NCBI GenBank assembly: GCA_045587445.1
Contig: JAZNCH010000069.1
Span: forward strand, 5,466-69,465
DNA length: 64,000 nucleotides
Direction: 5' to 3'
From: Eubacteriales bacterium
GTDB lineage: Bacteria; Bacillota; Clostridia; Oscillospirales; CAG-272
This document shows, one piece after another, positions 8,401 through 18,149 of this stretch. The position numbers were made by a program, and so were the translations under genes. Position 1 is the stretch's first letter; every line of letters starts with the position of its first letter. The notes below the pieces were generated by a model. It ran no database searches, was not told where the DNA came from, and saw nothing but the letters and a program-made list of their open reading frames with translations.

Positions 8401-9888
8401 ATGAAAAAGTTTTTAACCCTTATAAGTGTAGTATTATGTTTTGTACTTATGTTTGCCCTTGTTTCTTGCAAGAATGAACCAGATGACAAAACTAATGAAA
8501 CCGTAAAAGAAACAGAGAATGAGACGGTTGAAGAAACCAAAGTTGAAGAAAAGCCGAAAGAACCTACTTCTGCAAAAGAGGTTTGGGCTCTCGTTGATAA
8601 GGCTATGGAAAATGCCGAATCTTATGAAGCCGATATGACCGCTTATATGGTTATGTTTATAAATGGCTTTAAAATAGAAAGCAAGGTTTCCGGTTTTGAA
8701 ATAAGTATAGGTCAAAGGGATGCACTTGATTATTACTATTACCGTTTCTTGAAAAATGAAGCTTCGTGTGATGCGATTTCGCTCAATGAAACCTCTACCG
8801 AGATTGAGGCATATAACGAGGGAATGACTTTTGTTTCGAAACTGAGCAGTGAAGCTGAGCAGAATTTTTGCTCAAAAATGACTGTCGATGAATATTTGGA
8901 ATTTAGGAGCAGTGTTCTCAGCGATGATTTTGACTTTGCTGATTGTACCAAGAGTGAGTTCTTGAAAAATGAAGACGGTAGTTGGAGTTTATCTTTTTCC
9001 GGATATACCAAAAAGGCTGTCAATACTTTTTTGAAGGACATCGGAGCAGATGAAACTCAATTAGGTTCAGACGTTATAGATATGAAGATTTCTTTAACCG
9101 CTAACGGTGAGTATCTTGTAAACGAAATGGTGTTTGAACTTGTTTTTGACGTAGAAGAAACAGATACCTCAATTCCTGTTTTCAAGGAAGTAATGAAGTA
9201 TTCAAAATACGGCGAAGCAAAGAAGACTCTTGAGGGTATTGAGCCGTCTGAATATACTGAAGTTGATGATATTACTGTTCTTGGCAAGGTAACCGATGCA
9301 ATAAAAGAATTTGCCGGTTTGTCTGAGGGCTCGTTTGACCTTGATATAACTCAGAACTTAAAGGTTGGAGCTGAATCTAATAAGTACACTGAAAAGGATT
9401 ATGTGTTTTTTGGTAAGATTAACGGTGGCTTTGTTTATACCTTGGATTCTATGATAAATGGCGTAACGGCTATGAATATGGATTATAGAAACGGAGTTCA
9501 GAAGATTACGCAAGGCACTGATACCGAAACCTATAATTTATCCGAGTCTGAAGCAAAAGAAATAGTTTATCGGCTTATTAATACTGCAGCTTATGATGAA
9601 TCTTCCGTAACCGATATTGAAAAACTAAGCGAAGGCGTTTATAAGTTTACTGTAGATGCACCCGACCTTTCCGCTTATGAAGAGTCGTTAGCTCCTATGG
9701 GGATAGTTTGCAAATCCGGAAAACAGAGCATAGTGGTTACTTTTGCAGATGATAAGCTTTCAAAAATTGAAAGCGATTTGACTGTATACGGTGAAATGAC
9801 CGTAGGTAACAAAACTGAAGCTATGGAACTGAATCAGCTTACTACTGTTACGGTAAAAGCCGTTAACGGTTCAGGCACTAATATGTAA
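8401..9888 (+). CDS. Lipoprotein of unknown function
   Basis: MKKFLTLISVVLCFVLMFALVSC contains a lipobox (LVSC). ATG 8401 is preferred over the ORF-track start 8338, which lacks a signal-peptide context. Confidence 0.7.
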   Translation: MKKFLTLISVVLCFVLMFALVSCKNEPDDKTNETVKETENETVEETKVEEKPKEPTSAKEVWALVDKAMENAESYEADMTAYMVMFINGFKIESKVSGFEISIGQRDALDYYYYRFLKNEASCDAISLNETSTEIEAYNEGMTFVSKLSSEAEQNFCSKMTVDEYLEFRSSVLSDDFDFADCTKSEFLKNEDGSWSLSFSGYTKKAVNTFLKDIGADETQLGSDVIDMKISLTANGEYLVNEMVFELVFDVEETDTSIPVFKEVMKYSKYGEAKKTLEGIEPSEYTEVDDITVLGKVTDAIKEFAGLSEGSFDLDITQNLKVGAESNKYTEKDYVFFGKINGGFVYTLDSMINGVTAMNMDYRNGVQKITQGTDTETYNLSESEAKEIVYRLINTAAYDESSVTDIEKLSEGVYKFTVDAPDLSAYEESLAPMGIVCKSGKQSIVVTFADDKLSKIESDLTVYGEMTVGNKTEAMELNQLTTVTVKAVNGSGTNM

Positions 9889-9894
9889 AACGAG

Positions 9895-9928
9895 CAATGT
9901 GTAGGCGAGGCCTACACATTGTTGTTAT
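9895..9928 (+). terminator. Rho-independent terminator
   Basis: Perfect 12-bp stem CAAUGUGUAGGC-gag-GCCUACACAUUG followed by a U-rich tract. Confidence 0.8.
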
Positions 9929-10110
9929 ATTATCAGAAAAAGCAGAGATTTGTCTTTTGGGGTAAATATTTTGTTTTTTCAAATAAACTATAAGTTTTTT
10001 GTACAAAAATAGATGAAAACTATTGTAAATAATCACGAATTATGTTATAATCTGTCCTTGTGTGTGAGTAGGCATACAAAATATAATACAGAAAAAGAGA
10101 TGAATTTATT

Positions 10111-11403
10111 TTGGCAATTTTATTATCAGTTTCAATAGCTCTTATAGCAGGGCTTCTTATGACGAGATTGTTTAAACCTTTAAAGCTTCCGTCGGTTACC
10201 GCATATCTTATAGCGGGTGTTCTTATAGGACCTTATTGCTTGGGACAGCTTGGTATACACGGTTTGGGTTTTGATACTCACAGTGCAGTAGAGCAGTTGG
10301 CTCTTATATCGGAAGTGGCGCTTGGGTTTATAGCATTTTCGATAGGAAATGAATTTAGGCTGTCAGAACTTAAGAAAACCGGAAAACAGGCATTGGTTGT
10401 CGGTATTGTTCAAGCTTTGATTGCAACCTTGTTTGTTGACCTTGCTTTGTTGGGTTTGCATTTACTTATGCCCGACAAACTTTCTGTTCCTCAGGTTATA
10501 ACGTTAGGCGCAATTGCTACGGCGACAGCTCCTGCGGCAACATTAATGGTGGTTCGTCAGTACAAGGCAGACGGTCCATTGACTCGCTTGTTGCTTCCTA
10601 TTGTTGCACTTGACGATGCTGTTGGTTTGACTGTGTTTGCAGTATCATTCGGAGTTGCAAAGACTATAATAAGCGGCTCGGTTGACCTTGTTTCCATAAT
10701 TGTAAATCCTATTATTGAAATTACTTGCTCATTAATATTAGGTGCGATTATGGGATGGGTATTGACACAACTTGAAAAGTTGTTTAATTCTAATACTAAC
10801 CGTTTAAATCTTACTATAGGCATTGTTTTTCTCACCGCATCTTTAGCTATGCTTGATTTCCACGTAGGAGCGGTACATATTCAGTTCTCTTCTTTGTTGG
10901 TGTGTATGATGCTGGGAACAGTATTTTGTAATATATGTCCTCTTTCGGAAGACCTTATGGCCGCATCGGATAAATGGACGTCTCCTTTGTTTGCTTTGTT
11001 TTTCGTTGTATCGGGAGCCGAGCTTGAGCTTGGTGTGTTTGCCGATTGGGCAATAGTAGTTGTAGGCGTAGTTTACATAATTTTCAGATGCTTGGGTAAA
11101 TATTACGGAACTTTTGTAAGTACAAAGGCAACCAAATGCTCACCTGAGATTTGTAAATATTTAGGCATAACACTTTTCCCGCAAGCAGGGGTTGCGCTTG
11201 GTATGTGTGCTACCGCAATGGCTTTGGGGGAACAGGGAAATCTTATTAGAAATATAACACTTTTTGCGGTTCTTATTTATGAACTTATTGGGCCGTTGCT
11301 CACCAGAAAGGCACTTGAGGCAGCAGGCGAAATCAAGCCTATGGCAGATGAGGTTAAGCACAGAAGAATGCACAAGCTTAATGCTGCAAAAAACGGCAAA
11401 TAA
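10111..11403 (+). CDS. Cation:proton antiporter (CPA2 / Na+/H+ exchanger family)
   Basis: About 12 TM helices; N-terminus LPSVTAYLIAGVLIGPYCLG is typical of the Na_H_Exchanger family. The start is a TTG and is uncertain. Confidence 0.8.
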   Translation: MAILLSVSIALIAGLLMTRLFKPLKLPSVTAYLIAGVLIGPYCLGQLGIHGLGFDTHSAVEQLALISEVALGFIAFSIGNEFRLSELKKTGKQALVVGIVQALIATLFVDLALLGLHLLMPDKLSVPQVITLGAIATATAPAATLMVVRQYKADGPLTRLLLPIVALDDAVGLTVFAVSFGVAKTIISGSVDLVSIIVNPIIEITCSLILGAIMGWVLTQLEKLFNSNTNRLNLTIGIVFLTASLAMLDFHVGAVHIQFSSLLVCMMLGTVFCNICPLSEDLMAASDKWTSPLFALFFVVSGAELELGVFADWAIVVVGVVYIIFRCLGKYYGTFVSTKATKCSPEICKYLGITLFPQAGVALGMCATAMALGEQGNLIRNITLFAVLIYELIGPLLTRKALEAAGEIKPMADEVKHRRMHKLNAAKNGK

Positions 11404-11430
11404 TTTAGTTGTTGGGGAGAGGGCATACCA

Positions 11431-12189
11431 ATGGCATTGTTTGATGTAATGTCTAGACTTAAGGCTATTATCGGCGGAGATAATAACTCTCCTAAAGAAA
11501 GCTTTGCTAATATTCAGACTGAACATTTTGATTCGGGTCTAAAAATTGAGACAGATTTGGATTATAAGGATAGATGCGTGTTGGTTGGCGTTGTAAGAAA
11601 TACGTATCAATTTGAGATTTTGCTCAGAGAAAAATTTTACCATATTCCCATTTCACAAGTTAATGAATGTCAGATTCCCATAAAATATATAGCGATTTAT
11701 CAGTCAAAACGATTTTTTGGAAAAAATGCAGGCATAAGATATTTCGGCGAGGTTGAAAGCTGTTCGACAGTAAAACGTTGTGAAATTAGAGAAATACCCA
11801 AGGATAGCCAAGAAAAATATCTTTACTTCAAGATTAAAAGATGGCAAATGCTTGATAATACCATTGAGGCAAAAGATATGGAATTAACCGCCTTTTCAAC
11901 CACTCTTTATCTTCTTAAGAAAAGTAATGATTCCTCGGAGCTTGTTTTAAGAAATAGAGAAGAGCACTTATTTTACAGAGAGTTGCTAAAGAAAGTAAAA
12001 ATGTTGGTTAGGCTAAGAAAGCCTAACGGCGGAGAAATAGTTTACAAGGACTATACTGTTAAGCTGAGCGGAGGTATGATTTATTTGTACTTTGCCGATA
12101 TATTGGAATATGCCATAGGTTACGATATTTTCCTTGAAAGACCGACTGATATTATAAGAGAAATTTTTGATTATTATCCTGAATTGTAA
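11431..12189 (+). CDS. Hypothetical cytoplasmic protein (252 aa)
   Basis: A long ORF with good coding character and no family I recognise. A terminator follows. Confidence 0.55.
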   Translation: MALFDVMSRLKAIIGGDNNSPKESFANIQTEHFDSGLKIETDLDYKDRCVLVGVVRNTYQFEILLREKFYHIPISQVNECQIPIKYIAIYQSKRFFGKNAGIRYFGEVESCSTVKRCEIREIPKDSQEKYLYFKIKRWQMLDNTIEAKDMELTAFSTTLYLLKKSNDSSELVLRNREEHLFYRELLKKVKMLVRLRKPNGGEIVYKDYTVKLSGGMIYLYFADILEYAIGYDIFLERPTDIIREIFDYYPEL

Positions 12190-12194
12190 AAGCA

Positions 12195-12236
12195 ACACCG
12201 AGCGTTTTTGAAATGAAACTCTCGGTGTTTTTATTT
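12195..12236 (+). terminator. Rho-independent terminator
   Basis: ACACCGAG...CUCGGUGU followed by UUUUAUUUU. Confidence 0.6.
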
Positions 12237-12515
12237 TGCGTATTGATTTGAATAGTGAAATAGTGTATAATAACACTATAGCTTTATGTTAAGAGGTTTA
12301 CTATGGAAATATATGAATTATTTATACATTGCTAAGAATCTCTCGCAAGAAAAAAATAATTCCGCAGCAAAAATGTTGAAATACTTAGGATTGTAAAAAG
12401 GCTATACATTGTTATTGAATGTTAAGATTAACATATTTAATGTTAATAAACTGATAAATTAACTATAAAATGATAAAAGAGTGCGATTATCTAATGAAAA
12501 AATCACAAAAATATG

Positions 12516-12550
12516 TTGACATTTGACCGATTTTTTTGTATTATAATATT
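12516..12550 (+). promoter_or_regulatory. sigma-A type promoter of hppA
   Basis: TTGACA at 12516-12521, with a TG-extended TATTATAAT -10 region about 17 nt downstream. Confidence 0.5.
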
Positions 12551-12575
12551 TACATAAATCTATATGGAGGTAAAT

Positions 12576-14678
12576 ATGGAGATTTTAGAAAACTTATTGC
12601 CGTTTATTACATTGGCAATTGCTTTAGCAGCTTTGCTTTTCGCATTGTTTACTGCAAAGAAGATAGTTAAGTTCCCGGAGGGAACAGACAAAATGAAAGA
12701 AATATCAAAATGGATAAGACAAGGTGCAAATGCATACCTGAAACGCCAATATAAAGTCGTTGGTATATTTTTTGTATGTATGTTTGTTGTACTTGTTGTA
12801 ATGGCGGCATTGGGATTACTTACATGGTTTGTGCCTTTTGCGTTTGTAACAGGTGGATTCTTCTCAGCTCTTTCCGGTTTTGTTGGAATGAAGATTGCAA
12901 CATTGTCAAACAGCAGAACGGCAAATGCTTGCAGAGAAAGTCTCAACAAAGGCTTGCGTGTGGCATTTTCAGCAGGTTCCGTTATGGGCTTTACAGTAGT
13001 AGGTCTGGGACTGCTTGATATATCGGTTTGGTTTATTCTTCTCAAGTTCGTATTTAAGCTTGAGGCTTCTGATATAGCAAGCGCAATGCTGACGTTTGGT
13101 ATGGGTGCATCTTCTATGGCTTTGTTTGCCAGAGTTGGCGGTGGTATCTTTACTAAAGCGGCAGACGTTGGTGCTGACCTTGTTGGTAAGGTAGAAGCAG
13201 GTATTCCTGAAGACGACCCCAGAAACCCTGCTGTTATTTCGGATAATGTTGGTGATAACGTTGGTGACGTTGCAGGTATGGGTGCTGACCTTTATGAATC
13301 TTATGTTGGTTCTATTATATCTTCAATGGCTCTCGGTGTTACAGCATTTGGTTCTATAAAAGCTATGGCTCTTCCGTTAATTTTGGCAGGATTGGGTATT
13401 ATTGCTTCGATTCTTGGTACATTTCTTGTCAGAACAGGCGAAAATACAGAACAATCTGTGCTTTTGAAGGCACTTAGTCGTGGAACGAATTTTAGTGCGA
13501 TTTTGATTGCCATTCTTGCAATTCCGGTTACATATCTTATACTTGGCGCAGAAAACCTTAAATTCTGTGTTCCGATACTTGCAGGACTTTTGGCTGGTGT
13601 GCTTATTGGTAAGGCTACTGAATATTTTACATCAGATACATATAAACCTACTAAAAAGTTGGCTGAGTCAAGTTCTACGGGTTCGGCTACAATAATTATT
13701 GAGGGCATAAGCCTTGGTATGCTTTCTACGGTTATACCGATTGTAATTATTGGAGTATGTATACTTGTTTCGTATTTTGTATGCGGTGGCGCAAAGCTTC
13801 CTGCTAACGGTCTTTACGGCATTGCTCTTGCGGCAGTAGGTATGCTTTCAACTCTTGGTATTACACTTGCTACAGATGCATACGGTCCCGTAGCAGATAA
13901 TGCAGGTGGTATTGCACAGATGGCAGGTCTTGAAGAAGACGTTCGTAAAAAGACTGACGCTCTTGACTCTCTCGGTAATACAACAGCGGCAACAGGTAAA
14001 GGTTTTGCTATAGGTTCTGCAGCGTTGACAGCTTTGGCTCTCGTTGCTTCATATATTGATAAGATTAAAGAGGTTGCACTTAAAGCCGGAGAAGAAATTG
14101 TTTCAAACTTTGACATAATGGACCCCAGAGTATTGGTTGGTTTGTTTGTAGGCGCGTGCTTGCCTTTCTTGTTTGCGGCTTTGACTATGAGCTCTGTTGG
14201 TAAGGCTGCTCAGTCTGTAGTTATTGAAGTTCGCCGTCAGTTCAAGGAAATTAAAGGCCTTATGGACGGTAACGGAACACCCGACTATGAATCATGTGTA
14301 GACCTTTGTACACGTTCCAGTCTCAGAGAAATGATTCTTCCTACCATTGTTGCGATAGTAGTTCCGTTGATTGTTGGTATAGTACTTGGTTATCAGGGCG
14401 TTGTAGGTATGCTTGCAGGAGCAACCGCAACAGGATTTTTACTTGCGATATTTATGTCGAACTCCGGTGGTACTTGGGATAACGCTAAGAAGTATATTGA
14501 AAACGGCGGAGCAGGTGGCGGCAAGGGCAGTGACGAGCATAAAGCGGCTGTTGTTGGCGACACGGTAGGGGACCCATTCAAAGATACTTCCGGTCCTTCC
14601 ATAAACATTCTTATTAAGCTTCTTTCAATGGTTTCCATTGTATTTGCAGCTTTGGTATTTAAGTTCCATATTCTTTAA
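12576..14678 (+). CDS. hppA: Membrane-integral K+-dependent-type pyrophosphate-energised cation pump (H+/Na+-PPase)
   Basis: Signatures [17 protein letters not shown] and [32 protein letters not shown] carries Ala rather than Lys, which marks the K+-dependent class. ATG 12576 follows GGAGG. Confidence 0.95.
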   Translation: MEILENLLPFITLAIALAALLFALFTAKKIVKFPEGTDKMKEISKWIRQGANAYLKRQYKVVGIFFVCMFVVLVVMAALGLLTWFVPFAFVTGGFFSALSGFVGMKIATLSNSRTANACRESLNKGLRVAFSAGSVMGFTVVGLGLLDISVWFILLKFVFKLEASDIASAMLTFGMGASSMALFARVGGGIFTKAADVGADLVGKVEAGIPEDDPRNPAVISDNVGDNVGDVAGMGADLYESYVGSIISSMALGVTAFGSIKAMALPLILAGLGIIASILGTFLVRTGENTEQSVLLKALSRGTNFSAILIAILAIPVTYLILGAENLKFCVPILAGLLAGVLIGKATEYFTSDTYKPTKKLAESSSTGSATIIIEGISLGMLSTVIPIVIIGVCILVSYFVCGGAKLPANGLYGIALAAVGMLSTLGITLATDAYGPVADNAGGIAQMAGLEEDVRKKTDALDSLGNTTAATGKGFAIGSAALTALALVASYIDKIKEVALKAGEEIVSNFDIMDPRVLVGLFVGACLPFLFAALTMSSVGKAAQSVVIEVRRQFKEIKGLMDGNGTPDYESCVDLCTRSSLREMILPTIVAIVVPLIVGIVLGYQGVVGMLAGATATGFLLAIFMSNSGGTWDNAKKYIENGGAGGGKGSDEHKAAVVGDTVGDPFKDTSGPSINILIKLLSMVSIVFAALVFKFHIL

Positions 14679-14690
14679 TATATAAATATA

Positions 14691-14727
14691 AAAAGCCTTC
14701 TTAACCAGAAGGCTTTTTTTCTTTTTT
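14691..14727 (+). terminator. Rho-independent terminator of hppA
   Basis: GCCUUC-uuaacca-GAAGGC followed by U7. Confidence 0.8.
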
Positions 14728-14729
14728 AA

Positions 14730-15106
14730 AAATAACAGGCAGTCAGGAGCTTCGCTCCTGAACCCTTGACAATAGGCCGCTTTTTGAAAAAAGCGCCTCT
14801 TGACTCCACCAAAAACTTTGAAAATGCGGTTTATTTTAAGGATTATTTTTTGTGCAAATAATAGTTGGTGGAACCGGAGAGGCAAGTTCTTTGCCAAGCT
14901 TTCTGCGAAAGAAAGCGGCGAAAAAAAGTCTGTACCAACAATGTTGAGTGGTACAGACCAAGAAATTCGAGGTTTCTTTGCCTATTTTCTTTTTATAAAT
15001 AATGACGGGAGGGGAGGCCCCTCCTTTACAAATATCTAATAATATCTGCACAAACCAGAGTTTTGAGGTTTCTTTGCCTACTTTCTTTCCTTAAAAGAAA
15101 GTAGGT
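14730..15106. repeat. Mosaic of intergenic palindromic repeat modules (member of a window-wide family)
   Basis: Contains ACAGGCAGUC-hairpin-GAACCCUUGACAA (14735-14773), GGCCGCTTTTTGAAAAAAGCGCC (14775-14797), GCTTTCTgcgaAAGAAAGC, GTCTGTACCA..TGGTACAGAC, and a ~100-bp unit (15005-15100) that recurs at 61113-61212. Confidence 0.85.
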
Positions 15107-16453
15107 TTATTTTTCTTTTGATTCAAAACCGTCGGTGCTTTCTTTCATAAACATAATTTTTACCGTCATAAGAAGAAGCTTTAAATCAAGTAGAAGAGAG
15201 TAATTTTGAATATACATAAGGTCAAGCTGGAGTTTGTCATATGGAGGGGTATTATATTTGCCGTAAAGCTGTGCGTATCCTGTTAAACCGCCCCTTACTT
15301 TAAGTCTGTATTGGAATTCGGGAACTTCTTTTGTGTATGCTTCAACGTGTTCTATTCTTTCGGGACGAGGGCCTACAAGGCTCATATTACCCACAAGAAT
15401 ATCGAAAAGCTGAGGGAGCTCATCAAGTCTTGAAGCGCGAAGAATTTTTCCTATAGGGGTAATTCTCGGGTCGTTATCTATAGCGGGAAGTGGAGTGCCG
15501 TCTTTTTCGGCATTGACTATCATAGTTCTGAATTTGTGGATTTCAAATACCTTACCGTTAATCGTTGCTCTTTTTTGCCTAAAGAATATCGGACCACCGT
15601 CACAAAGCTTAATTGCGAGTGCTGATATAATCATAAACGGTGAAGCAAGAATGAGCATTAGTAACGATATTACAATATCCATAGTGCGTTTAACAAAGCG
15701 TTGCTCGACTGTCATACCGTTATTTCTATAGAGTAGCAAAGGAGTATCGAAAAGGTGTATACATTCAGCTCCTCTTACCAATACGTCGGAGATTTTTGTG
15801 GTTGCGTATGCTCTTATATCATTTTCAAAACATATCTTCAAAAGCTTGTTACGCATTTCAGCGTGTATGTCATAGAGTATAACACCTTCGGCGTTTTTCA
15901 TTGATTCATCAAGTTTTTCCAGTCCTTCTGAAACATTAATTACCTGTTTTAAGGAAAATTTATCTTTTCTTAATTTGAGTTTTTCAATAAAAGTGTCGGG
16001 AGAATATTCATCGTATATAATTAAGGTTTTCTTAGCTGTGAATACTTTTCCGAATATATAGTCTGCCACGATGGTAAAAACAAATGATATTGCAATGCTT
16101 AACACGGTCAAAATAAGCAGAGGAACTACCGTAACAAATCCTGCCGAAAGCAATACGATTATTAAATATGAAAAGAATACTGTGAATAAAATTGCAAGGC
16201 ACTGCGATATGATAATATTCGATTTGCGATATCTACCGTATTTAATTCCGTCAAAGGAGTGAAGAAACGTAAGTAGGAGAAGTGCGTACAGAGTGTAAAC
16301 AAACCAGTTTCCCCTTTCGACGAATGGGAGAACTATATTATCGTTGTAATGGTTTAGCCAAATATAAGCAAATACCAGCGTTTGGCTTAATACTAAAATA
16401 CCGGTCAGAAAAAGTCTGAAAAGCCTTTTGAATTGTTCTTTGTTCCTTCTCAT
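15107..16453 (-). CDS. Polyprenyl-phosphate glycosyl-1-phosphate transferase (WbaP/EpsL-type initiating sugar transferase)
   Basis: N-terminal TM block plus the C-terminal bacterial sugar transferase domain (PFMIISALAIKLCDGGPIFFRQKR..GPRPER..RGGLTGYAQ). Confidence 0.9.
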   Translation of the reverse strand: MRRNKEQFKRLFRLFLTGILVLSQTLVFAYIWLNHYNDNIVLPFVERGNWFVYTLYALLLLTFLHSFDGIKYGRYRKSNIIISQCLAILFTVFFSYLIIVLLSAGFVTVVPLLILTVLSIAISFVFTIVADYIFGKVFTAKKTLIIYDEYSPDTFIEKLKLRKDKFSLKQVINVSEGLEKLDESMKNAEGVILYDIHAEMRNKLLKICFENDIRAYATTKISDVLVRGAECIHLFDTPLLLYRNNGMTVEQRFVKRTMDIVISLLMLILASPFMIISALAIKLCDGGPIFFRQKRATINGKVFEIHKFRTMIVNAEKDGTPLPAIDNDPRITPIGKILRASRLDELPQLFDILVGNMSLVGPRPERIEHVEAYTKEVPEFQYRLKVRGGLTGYAQLYGKYNTPPYDKLQLDLMYIQNYSLLLDLKLLLMTVKIMFMKESTDGFESKEK

Positions 16454-16877
16454 TTTTTTATCTCCATATTACAAGATTTGTGTTTGTTTTTTTGATTTTA
16501 AATAAGAATTTTATATTGTTGTGGTAAAATCCTTTTAATTTTTTGGGTTCCTTTGCTATTCTGTAAAGCCATTCTAAGTTGTGCTTTAGAAAGAATTCGG
16601 GAGCACGGGATTTGCTGCCGTGGATAACGTTAAAGCTGCCGCCATATATTTTTTCGAGATATTATTTCAAATTAATTACTTCTGAATTTGCATACTACAT
16701 ATATATACCAATTATAACATATTTCGACTGTTCAGTCAATACAATAAATGTGAACACGTTTTTCTCATATAATATATACATAAATTTTTGCCTTGGGGGA
16801 GAAAAATAATCAATTTTTGTGCACAATAGTAGTGCTGTGAGTTTACATATTAAAAATAATTAATATAGGGGTAAAAT

Positions 16878-18149
16878 ATGGAGTCGTCAAAAAAGCAATA
16901 TATGTGTATAGACCTAAAATCTTTTTTTGCTTCGGTGGAATGTGTTGAGCGTGGGCTTGACCCAATGACGACAAGGCTTATTGTGGCTGATCCCGAGAGA
17001 AATCAAACGACCGTTTGCCTTGCCGTTACCCCTGCTATGAAAAAGTTAGGGGTAAAGAACCGTTGCCGCGTATATGAAATTCCTATCCATATCGACTATA
17101 TAAAAGCCCCCCCGCGTATGAAAAAGTATATTGAATATTCTGCCGAAGTTTATGGAGTTTATCTAAAATATATCTCCAAAGACGATATTCACGTTTATTC
17201 AATAGATGAAGTGTTTATGGATATAACAAAATATTTGCCACTCTATAAAATGACTGCAAGAGAACTTGCAGAAACAATACGGCAAGACGTTTACAAAACA
17301 ACAGGTATTCCCGCCGCCTGCGGTATAGGCACAAATCTTTATCTTGCGAAAATTGCCCTTGATATAACAGCAAAGAAAAGTTCCGATTTTATGGGGATAC
17401 TTGATGAGGAAACGTATAGAGAAACACTTTGGGACCACCGTCCTATAACGGATTTTTGGCATATTGGCAAAGGAATATCAAATCGACTTGCGACATACGG
17501 CATATATACTATGAGGGACTTGGCTCATTATCCCGAAGAAACGCTTTACAAAAAACTTGGGGTTGATGCTGAAATATATATTGATCATGCGTGGGGGAGA
17601 GAGCCTACCACTATTGAGGATATAAAATCGTATAAAACAAAAAGTCATTCGTACAGTACGTCGCAGATATTACCTCGCGGGTATACTTTTAACGAGGGCT
17701 TAATTATTGCCAAAGAAATGGCGGAGCATCTTTGTATGGAGCTTTTTGACAAGGACGTAGTTGCGAGGTCGTTGACGTTGACTGTGGTATATGATGGAAA
17801 AGAGCGTGAAGGTGGTGGTGGAACACACAAGTTCAGCAGTTCTACCAATACAATAAGCGATGTTATAAGTGGAATAGAAATGCTTTATTCGAAAGTTGCC
17901 GATAGAAAAAAGCTGATAAGAAAAATAAGCATTTGTTTCAACAACGTAGAAAAACAAACCTGTGAGCAGCTTGATTTTTTCTCGGATCCGGTTGCGAAAC
18001 AAAAAGAAAACGCGCGAATGAAGGCGGTAAACAGCATACGTCGAAAATACGGCAAAAATTCTCTTCTTAAGGGGAGAGACCTCGAGGAATGCGCTACCGA
18101 AAGAGAACGTAACAGACAGATAGGAGGACACAAATCAGGTGAGAAGTGA
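16878..18149 (+). CDS. Y-family (translesion) DNA polymerase, UvrX/DinB-like
   Basis: MCIDLKSFFASVECVERGLDP..., YSIDEVFMDIT, and an HhH/little-finger region. Confidence 0.9.
   Translation: MESSKKQYMCIDLKSFFASVECVERGLDPMTTRLIVADPERNQTTVCLAVTPAMKKLGVKNRCRVYEIPIHIDYIKAPPRMKKYIEYSAEVYGVYLKYISKDDIHVYSIDEVFMDITKYLPLYKMTARELAETIRQDVYKTTGIPAACGIGTNLYLAKIALDITAKKSSDFMGILDEETYRETLWDHRPITDFWHIGKGISNRLATYGIYTMRDLAHYPEETLYKKLGVDAEIYIDHAWGREPTTIEDIKSYKTKSHSYSTSQILPRGYTFNEGLIIAKEMAEHLCMELFDKDVVARSLTLTVVYDGKEREGGGGTHKFSSSTNTISDVISGIEMLYSKVADRKKLIRKISICFNNVEKQTCEQLDFFSDPVAKQKENARMKAVNSIRRKYGKNSLLKGRDLEECATERERNRQIGGHKSGEK

Noticed and set aside
12560-13045. 161-aa minus-strand ORF and several 60-135-aa ORFs within 12.5-14.7 kb
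   Set aside because: All are antisense or out of frame within hppA, whose identity is certain.
14800-15051. 79-aa and 71-aa ORFs in the hppA / sugar-transferase gap
   Set aside because: They are composed of repeat-module sequence with no RBS, and equivalent modules elsewhere are not in any consistent frame.
14730-15106. Possibility that the clustered palindromes are a CRISPR array
   Set aside because: There are no regularly spaced identical direct repeats with unique spacers. The modules are heterogeneous, in mixed orientations and dispersed over many loci, and no cas genes are present.
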